Part shown: positions 25,618-37,639 of the stretch, piece by piece | How the letters are laid out: each line of letters opens with the position of its first letter | Position numbering within the stretch: the first letter of the stretch is position 1 | Notes under the pieces: generated by a model | The model's database searches: none | What the model was told of the DNA's origin: nothing | What the model saw: the letters and a program-made list of their open reading frames with translations, nothing else | Program-made: the position numbers and the translations under genes | Assembly: GCA_050084515.1 (NCBI GenBank) | Contig: CM114271.1 | Coordinates: 40,920,001 to 40,984,000 of the forward strand | Origin: Blasia pusilla | Lineage: Eukaryota | Direction: 5' to 3' | Length of the DNA stretch: 64,000 nucleotides

Positions 25618-28600
25618 ATGACAAGGAAAAAATCTCAAGCAAGCAAGGTTGGGAGCTTCACTTCTAAGTCCATGAGGACTCGTGCGTCACCATCTCCAGG
25701 GCCTCATTCGACCAATGAGATAAGGCAACAAGAGATCGAGGAGCGGGAAAGGGAAACGGATATGCACATGCAAGAGCTTCTTGCAAAAGGTGTGTTGGAG
25801 GCACTCGAAAAACAGAACGCAGAGGTTGAGACGTCGCAAGCCTTGAAGAAAAGGATCCCTGAGGAAAAGCGTGAAAAGAAGCGTCTGGACGCGACGGTGA
25901 GGAGAGTAGAATTGGCAAAAGCTCGAAGGGAAAAAGCGATTGCCATTGAAGAAATCCCGGCCCATCTAAGCGAAAGTGTTGAGATGCAGGAAATGTCCCC
26001 GATGAAGTCCGGGAACACAATCAATATAAAATCGGCTGGGGAAACGACCTAAGTTCAAGTGATGGACGATGAGGTCATGAGGACTGCCAGCGTGGAGATG
26101 GTGGACATCTCTGAAGAAGCAAGAGAGGAGTCTTCCTTGTCTCTGAGTCCGGCGGAAGAAATCGACCTCTATCGGATCGGCGAGTTTCTAGTGGACTTGC
26201 CACCTCTTGTCCCAGAGCAGTTGGCGGGCCAAGACACCGACCCAATCTTTGAGCGAGTAAGAAACGATCTTGGATCTTTGAGTTATGTGAAGGCCCATGT
26301 TGCAGTTCATTGGCAATTCAGTGTAGTTTATTGACTTTGTCCCCATTGTGACAGGTTGTAAAGCAGATGGCACTGATGGAGGGCCTGAACGCCGCGAGAA
26401 TTCCACTTTGCCGATTGCGAACAATGGAGTACGTTCGCAGAATTCAGTCTAACGAGGATATTGAGAAGCTGAAATAGTCGGCAATGATAGCATCCTACGT
26501 CGACAGCTTCCCTCCGTTCTATGTTCAACCTTACGATCAACATGGAACCCATGAAGCGCTAGTGACGGAGGAGGACTTGGAAGCACTCGACACATTCTGG
26601 AGGATGAGAGATCAGGAATTCAGAAGAGCGATTGAGGGAATGGAATTCAGCTGGATGCGGAACCTCTATTTCTTCATCTGGGATGGAAACCACAAGTTCA
26701 TGGCGTGGACCCAGTTTGCAGAGAAGCGCCAAAATTCATTGGAGGCGCATTTTTGCGTGAAGGCAATCGTGCTAAACCCATACCCTCATCACATGGCGAC
26801 GGTGGAAATGGCCATGCATGCCATAAACACGTAAGTTTCCTCTTCCTTTTATTTTGATTGCTGCAAACCGTCGAACTCTGACGAGTTGTTTAACTAGTGG
26901 TAACAAAACATTGGATGCCTTAAAGCAACTTGTCGGAGTCCGACAAGTTGCTTGATAGGCCACTATTTTTAGGATGTTTTTGGCCGAAAGCAACTCGTCG
27001 GACTCGGACAGGTTGCATTCGTTGCCACGGGTAGGTGATCGGAGTAGGGGAGCTTGATTGTTGGCGTCAAATTTTGCTTTACTTGAAATTGTGCAATCTG
27101 TTGGACTTTGACGGGTTGCTATGTTTACTTTTTCCACGGAAACCACTCTCTGAACCAAATCATCTGACAACCCGTCGGACTCTGACGGGTTGTAACTTGA
27201 CAATCATAATTCTGAATGCAATTTATCGGACTCCGATGGGTTGCAATATTTAGCTCTTAGCTACCATTACGACCATGAGGTGTAGCAACCTGTCGGAGTC
27301 CGACGGGTTGCAGGAACCCATATAGCTTGCAAAAATTCTTATAGTGTGTTTCGATGTGTAGGATTGTATCCAAGGGGAACGTCATCCACCACTGGATCCA
27401 GGATTGCAACCGGGTGAAGAAAGTGCTAACGACGCATCCAACACAGTACAAGGGGTTCTTGGGCGATGCTTTTGAAAATGAGATGCTGGCGAAGGGGGCT
27501 CAAATAAAAAAAAAGACTTGGGCAAATATATTTATTTCCCAAAATGCAGCCATGACAATCCTTTGCTGGTCGAAGATACAGGCCGCCAAGAAGAGCGCTT
27601 CATTGGAGCTGGAGCGGAGGGAGAACGTGTCTTTGTTTGAGAGTGCTAAGTTCATCCAAGTTGCAGTATCTGCAACTACGAAAGACACTGCAAGCAAGAT
27701 GCAGCGCTACATCGCCATTCTCAACCCCGAACTTTGCCCCGATTTCTACAAGGAGCTGAAGGCGATAATCAAGCGCCAGTGGAAGAGGCATGAAGATCCG
27801 CAGGGTCAGATTGGGGAGAAAGTGTCTCTCGACCGCGTCTATAGATTTTCCTTGTTTGGAATTTCGGAATTTAGGAAAATCCGATTGATGAAAATCAATC
27901 TCGACGACACAGAGGCCCAAAAGAGGGCGGCATACCATCCTCTGGGTGTCTCTAATTTAGTGATCTCCCACTGGCTCCGTGAATGGTCATTCTGGGATGC
28001 GTTGCGGCTTCTCGGGAAGTCCATACTCGTGGGTCTCCAAGCGGAGCTGAAAAAAATAGAGCCAGTTTCGGAGGAAGCAAACCTGGAGAGTGCTGAAGAT
28101 TTTGAAATTTGGCTTGATGACATCCGAGACAAGCCCATGAAAAACCAAGGCTTCAGGATGATGTTCAAAGATCACATCCTCCCTCAGGCAGACCTGGATG
28201 AAGAAATAGAGGCAAAGAAAAGGGATTTCGCAAAGAAGAAGCGAGATCTTCAGGAGTAGGCGGTCGATGCATCTCAACAAAGAGCTGCCCAACATATGGT
28301 GTTCAGGTACCTCATCCATTGTAAGAATGCAGGTACCTGGCAAAAAAATAACGACAACCTCCAAATTGTGGGCTTCTCCGCCTGATGGAGAAGCATTTTC
28401 CATGTACGACATGGAGATGGCTCAAAGCATGTGCGACAAGGAGGTGGAGAATTGCCCGATCTGGTTGGACTTCAACGACCCCAAGGACATTACCGACAAC
28501 AATCTTCGATGGGTGTATGATGCAGTGGTCGCAGGTAGGGATGACATCCTGAATTTGGTGCAGCCTGAAGACTTTTTTGAAGGAGATGTGGAGGAACAAG

Positions 28601-30260
28601 CCCTTGAGACAGCGGAGTTGGTGTCCAAAGTTGTCACCGCCAAGGACAAATCTACAACGGGTCTGAAAGCAAAGGCGAGGGGATCGAAGAATTCCGAGGC
28701 CGAGTCTTCCAAAAAAGAGACTAAGAATTCAAGGCGAGAGGCGAAATTGTGTGGGCGAGCGGGGAGAGAGGGCCAACCGGGCAAGCATCATCATTCACTA
28801 CACGAATCTTCTGGATGAGCTGCAAAGTTTCAGTTCCCAAAAGTTGACACCCGCCATCGACAAATTGACAATGCCGGTATGGAAGCTTTAACGAAACGGG
28901 CACGCTCCCTGGACGGTCCATGGGGAGGTTGAGGAGGTGGCGGTGGATCTCCTTGTCGCTGATTTTCCCTCTGGGTTGCGCTTGTGGGACGACAATCCGT
29001 TTGACAGTGTCCCAGACGGGAATGTCCCTCTTATCTATGACCAGATCGCGCTCCTGTTTTCCTTTGCAGATGCTTATCTCAATGACAAGGGTTGTTTCTT
29101 GGTCTTGATTGGAGGGAGCAAGGATGAGCTCTTCAACGTGCAGTGCGTGAAGAGGTCGCTGAAGTGGAGGACGGCGCAATCGTGGGTCATCAAGAACGAG
29201 TTCCCACTCTGATCGGCGACGAGTCAAATCCGGGTAAGGGCTCTAAATCCATATACAATTTGTCTTGCTCCGACAGGTTGCATCTCTGCATGCAACCCGT
29301 CGGATTGTCTGAGTTGGTGACTGCGGTGTTGCAATCCGTCTAAAAGCGACGGGTTGCAAATTTACCACAAGTCTCCATTGGGTTTATGCAACACGTCGGA
29401 ACCGGATAGGTTGCAAGTGCTTATGCTTTTCCTTGTGTTTCTGGAATGATGCAACCCGTTTGGAAGCGACGGGTTGCTCTTAGCCAACCATGGGCTACTC
29501 TAAGCCAGCAACCTTTCCCCTTCCGACAACTTGCTCATGGCAAAAAAAATCACTAACACTTGTAAAACAACCCTTCGGATTCCGATAGGTTGCTCCAATG
29601 TTAGGACTATAACGAAGTTCTCTGGGGTTAAGCGAAGTTCTTTGGGGACGTGTTGCACATTGTGTCACCATACTGAGAGTAGACAAGCGGTCAAGTAGCT
29701 CTTTCTCGTTGTTGACATTGTTTCCAACGTGCTTCTTTACAGATGGACCACTCCTATGTTTACTGCTTTTTTCGGCCTCAGCATAGCTTCCAAGTGTTTA
29801 AGATCCTGGATCCATGCTCCCATGGATACAGCTTAGATAGTTTATACAATTCCCCCCCCCTTGCCGCCGGAATTTACATGCAAGACGGTACCCCCTTACT
29901 TGGAGGAAGGGAAAAGTCGCCAGCCCTGATGCAAATGCTCATCGAGCTCTGCTCTGCTCAAGGCCGGATGACTTGGTGTTCGACTTAGTGGACCTTTCAA
30001 GGGCAAGTATAAGAGGTGCCTGGCACAGTGGCAGGAACATTCTCTCCCTTGAGGGAAGGCAGGAACTGTTTGACCTTTGCAAAGAGGCAAAGGCAGATTA
30101 CGACATGCTAGTTGGGGGGTACAACTCTCCTCCGAAGCCGAGAGCTCCGGTTCCAGACCCACCATTGGTAGTGACACCATCGTCACTTCCAATGATTCCA
30201 AAAATCGGGAGGGCAAGGCCGACAGTAATTCTGGAAGAGCTCTTGGACGATGACGAATGA
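25618..30260 (+). pseudogene. Spliced cargo gene, copy B: ParB/Srx-like + N6A/N4C methyltransferase-like
   Basis: RIPLCRLRTMEYVRRIQSNEDIEKLK*S..FYVQPY..YFFIWDGNHK; VDLLVADFPSG (~28943-28975); REKSPALMQMLIELCS; DLVFDLVDLSR..GRNILSLE. GT-AG introns at 26257-~26366, 26831-27361 and 29234-29742. Several stops/frameshifts. Confidence 0.75.
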
Positions 30261-32312
30261 GTTCAAAGAACTCAAGGACCCAACTTGACTGCAACGTTTT
30301 GGAGTAGGGATTTATTTGATGACGAGGTAGAAGAATTCATAGAATAGATCAAATGTACAGTTCCGAGCTTCCTTCGGATGTAATAAAGGACAAGATTTTT
30401 TTGAACGATGATGGTGTTTGTAAAAGTTTGTTGAATATCTTTTTTGGTCTTGTCGATTGTGATCGTCTATGTACTCCAACAGTTTATTTTGCAACCCGTC
30501 GGATTCCCACGGGTTGCAACTTTTCACTTTTTGACCACTGCACCTTTTTAACCACTTCCAAGCAACCTGTCGGATTCTTACAGGTTGGTTGCGTGAGTGA
30601 TCGCACTCTTTCCTTGTTAGTCCAACTTTAGAGGAATTCTAGCGGGCTTCTTCACTTTGGCTCCTTCCCCTAGTATCGTCAAACAAGACGTGTTGGATTC
30701 CTACTACCTGTCGGATTGCCATGATGGTATTTCCAAGGACGGAGCACATATTGATAGTGGGTGGGTGTCATCTTGCAGAGCGTACAAGATATACTGCCAA
30801 GGAATGCGGTGGGACTCAAATCAGGTTACATGGGACCGTTATGGTGTACCTAGGGGGGGGGGGGGGGGGGAGAAGGCCAACATTTTTTATCCCCGTCTAC
30901 AATCGTCCAGAGGAGCCACTTGTATCCCACGACATTCCTTTTGTACAGGAACCTAGGAGAGTTAGGAGTAAATTTGTGGATGATGAGGCTGAAGAAATCA
31001 TAGACCAGATCAAATGTACATTTTTTAGCTTCCTCGGATGTAGTAAAGGACAAGATTTTTTCAAACGATAATGGTGTTTGTAAAAGTTTGCTGAATAACT
31101 TTTTTGGACTTGTCAATTGTGTTCGTCTAGCTACTCATAATGTTTATTTTGCAACCCGTCTGATTCCAACGGGTTGCAACTTTTCACTTTTTGACCATTG
31201 CAACTTTTTAACCATTTCCAGGCAAGGTGTCGCCTTTGACAATACTAGGGGAACAAGCCAAAAGTGAAGAAGCCCACCACAATGCCTCAGAAGTTGGTCT
31301 TACAAGGAAAGAGTCCAATCACTCAAACCAGTCGTAGGCTTCTTTTCTTCTCTAAGACGTGTTGGATTCCTATTTTCTGTCTGATTGCCATTTCGGATTC
31401 CCAACCTGTTGGATTTTCATGGGTGCAGGATGGAATGGAATCACTTCTCAAAATCTTTCCTTTGTTATGGTGAGTTTGCTTGCAAGGGATGCAAGCCATC
31501 TGATTCCGACGGGTTGCAAGAGTTGCAACCTGTAAAATTCTGACGGGTTGGAAGGGGTGCAGCTTCTCGGTTTCTCAGATTTAGGATCTGAATGAAGGGA
31601 CATCTGTTCCTCTTTACTCCAGATAGCTAACAATCTTTTGGTTCAAATTATCGTCTCATGTGTTCACATTTCACAAAGTTGGTCTTGAGCAGTCACCATT
31701 CATTATGGGGCAATTCAGGGGAGGCCATGATGCAGGCAACAATCCCTGCAAAAAGAGAGGTTGGCATCGTACTCGATGCACATCCGGGTGAGGTCTCATG
31801 ACACATTAACACTTCAGAGACACTTGGGAATGGCGGAAGCTCAACAATTCTTATTTTGGTACTGTGTTGCCAATGGTTTTCCATAATGTATGATGAGTAT
31901 TGATGCCTTCTGCAAGAAGAGTCAACAATCATTTACAAGCATTTCCTTGTGCCTTTCTTTTGCAAGAAGAGATGTCAATCCATAATGTCAACCAAATATT
32001 CTGTTAAACCTTGAAAAGCACCGTAGTCTGTTAAGACCATCGTTAGAGTCTTTATTTGAACCTAAAGAAACCTCCTTTTTCCAGGGGGCGAAAAACAAGT
32101 AGTTATCATAAGACCACTACAAACATTTTTCTATCACTCTCCATATGAGCCTAAGTTTCTTCACATTGCCTGTCTCAGTCTACAGTAAGTTGTGCCTAGG
32201 GGTATTTTTGTTGGAGGACCATTGGCAGATAATATGACCCGAAGTAGCAATCTCATCTCAATGAAAGGTTCAAATAAAGATAGACCATTGTTAGAGTCTT
32301 TATTGTCAGAGG

Positions 32313-33673
32313 TATGGTCATACACGCGCCAGGTGTTATGTTTATATCCTGAATTACGTCAAGAGCGAGGGCCAGAGAGGGCACCAGAGTGAGTAGCTGG
32401 TCTGGGTGGGCTAGAGATTGTATACTAGGTGTCCCGTTGGGGGACGAGGAGCTCAAGTTGCCTGACAGGGTGGTGGAGCTTCCCATGGAGGAGGTAGAGT
32501 ACCACCACCTAGATGCGCCAAGGGAGACGCCGGACGTGAGGGTGGGCTGGCTGGTCAAATACAGCAGCTACCAGAGCAGATTGCCACTATGGCATTGAGG
32601 TTACACGATGCCGGATCCGTGGCATCGACATCATATGGAGCAGCCAGAGATATGGAGGATCTTGGTTGGATGTGCGGGGTTGCTCAGATGGAGGCCGTCG
32701 CAGTTGTCATGCATGGAGCAACCGCAGAGTTGGATCCACAACGAGGGGAAGCCAGAAAGCATACTAGGCTTCCTCAGTCTTTCACGCTGTCTGAAGCGAT
32801 GAGGACCCCATCGATGGGTCCTCATCAAAGTTCCTAGAGAATTGGTGATGCTGTTGGTACGCAGGCACGGAGGGCGATGGGAGAAGCGAGTTTGACGACT
32901 CCTATTGTTGATGCTCATGAGGGATATGTGTCGAGCACGTTGTTGGGGGCGGGCACCATTGTGTACCGCACTCCTTTATTTTCTGCTTCTGATGTTATGA
33001 CGTTGGGGGGTACGCCCGCCGAGGCTTTTCGGCTGGCCGCTTCACTATGTGAGCGCAGTATGAGGATTCGCCCAGGACATCCCACAAATGAGTGTGTGGT
33101 GCGAGCTAAGGCGATAGTGACTGATGCAGAGTCCTACAACGTCTTGGTCATGGAGGAGTCAGCGTCCTACAGACCAGGATGGCAATCAAGTAATGGGCGC
33201 CTTAGCTCATTACCCATTCGATTCACAGGTGCAGTGATCGAGCGACGGCCAAGAGAGGTGGCGACCTTAGCAGCATTGAGCAGTGCCATCACTTGGCCTA
33301 GTGATTTGATTGAGGGACATCTCCATGCAGAGGATACTCCCACACCTGACATTTCTATGGAGAGGAGTGTCATGGTAGCCGCATCATTTCGTGGAGGAGA
33401 GGTGCCGTAGTGGGGCTCCACTGAGGAGCTTTGACGATTGGCAGATGAGCACGTGCAGACCGTGTGGAGCGAGGCGTTTGCACCGGAGTGTGACGGGTCT
33501 GAGCAACCCGAGGTAGTAGGGAGTGCTACGATGATACCCTTGGATACCACACCCGTTATGTGGCATATTCTGGAGGGGGTATTCAGGTGTTAGATCTCTT
33601 TGGAGGGGTTAGCACCGGATTAGTTGTTATTTTGCAAGCAGGAGTCCGAGTGCAGTAGTACTTGTATGTGGAG
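32313..33673 (+). pseudogene. Continuation of gypsy-methyltransferase copy 1: second half of zinc knuckle, partly deleted protease region, start of C5-MTase
   Basis: GHTRARC at 32316. Region 32877-33673 matches 60650-61900 (-). VLDLFGG at 33587-33607 and YLYVE at 33659-33673, after which homology stops. Confidence 0.8.
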
Positions 33674-34392
33674 CTCCACGTCGTCAAAATTGGTTCTTCA
33701 CGGGCAAGGCATCCAACTATTTTTCCCACTACGTGCCACTGTCTGATTTGATCACTCTACGGAAGAACTCTACGCTAGAGTTCTATCCTTCTAACAGTCA
33801 GTCTCATGCTTCATCACCATCAGGAAAAGGGATTGGTCAACTTCAATTGTAATTGTATTGTAGACTCCCTTTCGGATAATCCACTCGGATTTTGTTCTTT
33901 GAGCATGATCTCACATGTGATCCCATGCTTCATTACCATTTGAACGAGGGATAGGTCTACTTCAATCGTGCATTGTGTAGCGTCTCTCTTTTGGTAGTAT
34001 ATTTGGATTTTTTTCATTGAGTATGGTTCTGACTGGCGATACCGTGCTCGATCACCACTTGGATTAGGGATTGGACTCAAATTTCCGTTTGGATTTTGTT
34101 CTCAAGTACATTTTACCACGCTTGGTAGACCATGGTTGCGGGCGTTGCATTCATCAATTCGGACGTTCAATGAGGAAGCGACTTGCGATTATACGGTTGT
34201 TATTCCACCAACACCAATTTCTCACTCTCAACTCTTGATATTCTGGCATCTCATTCTCAGCTCATTCTTGATCTTCCTCTTGTATCGTCGTTCATATCAT
34301 TGGTTTGTTTGCTTGAGGTAGCGTCAATCTTGGGTATCGTCCAGAATTCGTTGTGTTTCTCTAAAGTATTACACTTGCTCGCAAGTCCTATC

Positions 34393-34709
34393 CATGGTTG
34401 CACAAAAATGGACAAGTCCTTCCTTAGGACGCACGTGGACGGACAAGTCTAGATATGTCCATGGACATGGGTTCCAAGAGGTGGGACCCACACTTTTAGT
34501 CCATGATGGAAGGCAAGGCAAGGATAAGAGGAGCAACGAGAGAGGAGAGAGGAGAGAGTGGAGGTGGAGGGAGGAAGAAATGGGGGAATATGGAACATGA
34601 AGGAAAATAAGGGGAATGAGAAAGAAGGGAAAGGTGGGGCCCATACGAAAGTCCTTCCATAGGACGGACATAAGTCCACAAACACGGACTTTGTCCACAT
34701 GCAACCTTG
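34393..34709. mobile_element. MITE-like element (~317 bp)
   Basis: Termini CATGGTTGCA / TGCAACCTTG are inverted with 1 mismatch. Flanking duplication AGTCCTATC (34384-34392) / GGTCCTATC (34710-34718). No convincing coding capacity. Confidence 0.7.
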
Positions 34710-37639
34710 GGTCCTATCCCTACATTTTACTCAGAAAATTGCTTCCTCCGATAAGTTATCCTACGGGGACAGAACTCATGCTACTTAGGGTTCTGCTTGA
34801 AGTGAAAGTTTAACATCGAAGTATTCGAGGTTGTGATTCTCTTTTTATCCACCTTCCATGTTCCCATCGGTCGATTACTAAGGTATGTCTGCCACAAACT
34901 AAATTCGAAATTCCCTTTAAATATTATGCGATGCTTGCTCTTTGTCTCCCTCCCTATGGGCAAGCCTTGGTGTGTGGATTGGTGATGCATGGATGCCGAG
35001 AATCACACATTGATTGTGCGTTTAGGATGACCTCTCTCTCTGAACTCTCTGCATTAATGGCCTGCCAAATTTCTAACCCAAATTTTGCGGTTGTAGTGAT
35101 TCTTTTCGTCTCACTCAGTGAGTAGCGCTCACTACTGCCCTGGACTCCTACTACTGTCGTTGGAGGAAGACATCCAATAAATAATTCTCTCCTGTTTCTT
35201 CATTCAAAGGATGTGTTAAGTTATGATTGGATGTTAGGGTACTGTGTGATGCTCAACTTTGAATTGGACTACTGTTTGATCATTGAGGCTGTGGAGGAAG
35301 GCATTTTTCAAAGTTGGAGTCTATTTTTTTATGCTGATTAGATGATGCGTGTTGCAAGGCCTTGGGGAATGCTGCACTGAGAGACTATTTCCGCCCGCTA
35401 CAATCTCTCTATTTAGTTGGTGAACGGAGTGTTGTGAATGAATAGGATTGATTTTTGAATAAGGATGGGAAGAATGCAATATTTACCCTTGTCTTCCACA
35501 ACCAAAGAATCAAACATGAGGCCCAATTCGCATCCGGATAGCGTCCTGGATGGCTGCTCTTCATTGTTATTGTTTGCAGAAAAGTGGCTCTTTGTTGGAT
35601 GCGTCGGTAGAGAGATCCACACCCACTATTCAAATTCTCTTCCATTGAGCTCCTCTGACATAATCTTGCAACACTTACCATCAACTCTTGTACCATGTGC
35701 TCTCTCTCTGTGGTTGGAAGGCTAGGATAGACACTATTTAATGAATACCCTCACTCACAAGTACCACAATCAATGCAAACCCTATGATTACAACGAACGA
35801 GAAGAGAGTAAGGTTTTCTTTTGCTTGCATCAGAGACTTTCAAGCGTAATTTGTTCCAACTTTTCAAGCGCTCCTCTGTCAGCATTGATTATCTACCTTT
35901 CATTAGATTCTTTCATAACAGTAATTGCTACGTCTACAGATGCTTTTTTTTGTCTTTAACTATACATCTGAAGCATCATATCTAAGTATTATAGGCTCTT
36001 TCCCACCCACTTCCTTTTCCTTGAATCTTTGAATCCCAGAGGTGATGGTTGGGAGAGAGGAAAATATGTCTTTTGCTAGTCGCTTATCGTGGAAAAACTC
36101 GCGATTTCTATCTAGTCATAGAATTCTCAAAAGACTACATGTGGGATGCCCACATTAGAAGACTATTGAGGAACGCCACAACAAGGTGGACGTTTTGTCA
36201 AGACTCTTGCGCTGCCATAAGATCACATTGTAAGCGGTAAATGATGTTTATCGGGTATCACTCTGTTGGATCTATGGTCCCAATATTACCACAAACACTA
36301 TTTAATCAGTACAATCTATTTCTTCTCTCTCCCTATCATGGCATCTTTGCTCAACGTGAACTCACTTTTCAATCTTGTGCATGTGTTCAACTGCAGCATC
36401 GCGTCAAGTGGCAGGTCCCAGGGTAGTTGTTTTAGTGACAATTTTCATCAAGTTGTCATAGTCGACTCATCAATTTTCTTGTGTTACTGTGCAGTAACCA
36501 TCTTCTCCCCTAGTCCTTGTTTATTTCATCGTCAATTGACACTACACTTGGATGCAATAAGATTCTCCTTCTTTGCAAGTGCTTTTATCTATTCATGTTG
36601 GTTTCTCACATTAGAATTTTATTCTTGCCCCCTAAATATGATTCTTGATTTCTAAGGGACTCGTCTTCAAGTTTGCAACGTTTTTTGATATCATAAAATT
36701 AATTAAGTTTCATGCTAACTAAACATAAATTAATTGTGCTTTAGAAAATACTTGAATATTTGTGGAAATAGATTCTCTCACATCTTAATAACGTGCAAAC
36801 TAATTTTACCTATACAATCTCAACCTGGTTACACCTTCTATTCTCCACAGTGATGGGCAATGACCTTGCACCCACGTGTCAAGCAAGATCTAGAAGGAAG
36901 TATCTTAGAAGATCCCTTGCATCAAATAAGTCCAAATAGGAACATTATCGCATGAAGAACATTATCGCATGAATGCATGAACTGGCTATTTGCAGATTCT
37001 TATCTGAGAAAATGGTAAGCAATTTTTTCACTTACAGTAAAGCAGATGCAACCATGGCTATTGTGGCTATGTCCAATATTTCAATCCACGCTCACGTATG
37101 TCAGTGGTGGAATCGACATCTAACCTACCATATGCCTTGCAATGGATTCTTGGTGAGCTATATAATACCTGAACCTAGAAAATTTCATGTCTGCAATTTG
37201 TGCATTGCCCATGAGCCGCGGACACACTTGAATGTCTATATGACTCCATCCTACATTAGAGGTTTGTTAAATCCAGATCCGTTGCAATTGCAACTTCTTT
37301 CTATAGTAGACTCCAGAATTGGAGTAAAAAAGAAATACAATGGTTTCCATAGGGGATTTTTCTCAGTAACCTCTCTTTTAGATTCTTCTTTAATTGGATT
37401 CAATGTTAGCAATGACCTAATTTCCATTACCTCTTCTATTCCAGCTACTATATACGAGTTGCTTAAAGTGAATTTTCATGTCAATCCCTTATACAAAGTC
37501 TATAAAGCTCTAGTAGAATTATCGAGTCCTTCATCAGGGATAGTGATTTTTCCTGCATCCTCGGTGCAAAGCATAATCAAATCCTCACAAGACAAAGGGC
37601 AAGTAACTCATAATATGAGTTATGATCCTTATGATCCTG

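Larger units (their letters stand above)
12326..32312 (-). mobile_element. Outer copy (B) of a large putative Mutator-like DNA transposon carrying a ParB-methyltransferase gene, interrupted by copy A
   Basis: Interrupts the gypsy zinc knuckle. Minus-strand transposase-like N-terminus at 23241-24114 and Cys-containing minus-strand ORF at 13000-13545. The same palindromic motif occurs from 12513 to ~31550. The right end is rearranged and no TSD was found. Confidence 0.6.

Noticed and set aside
15398-30260. Bacterial or phage contamination as the source of the ParB-methylase
   Set aside because: The gene has GT-AG introns and is nested within a plant-type retrotransposon contiguous with an intron-rich HIP gene.
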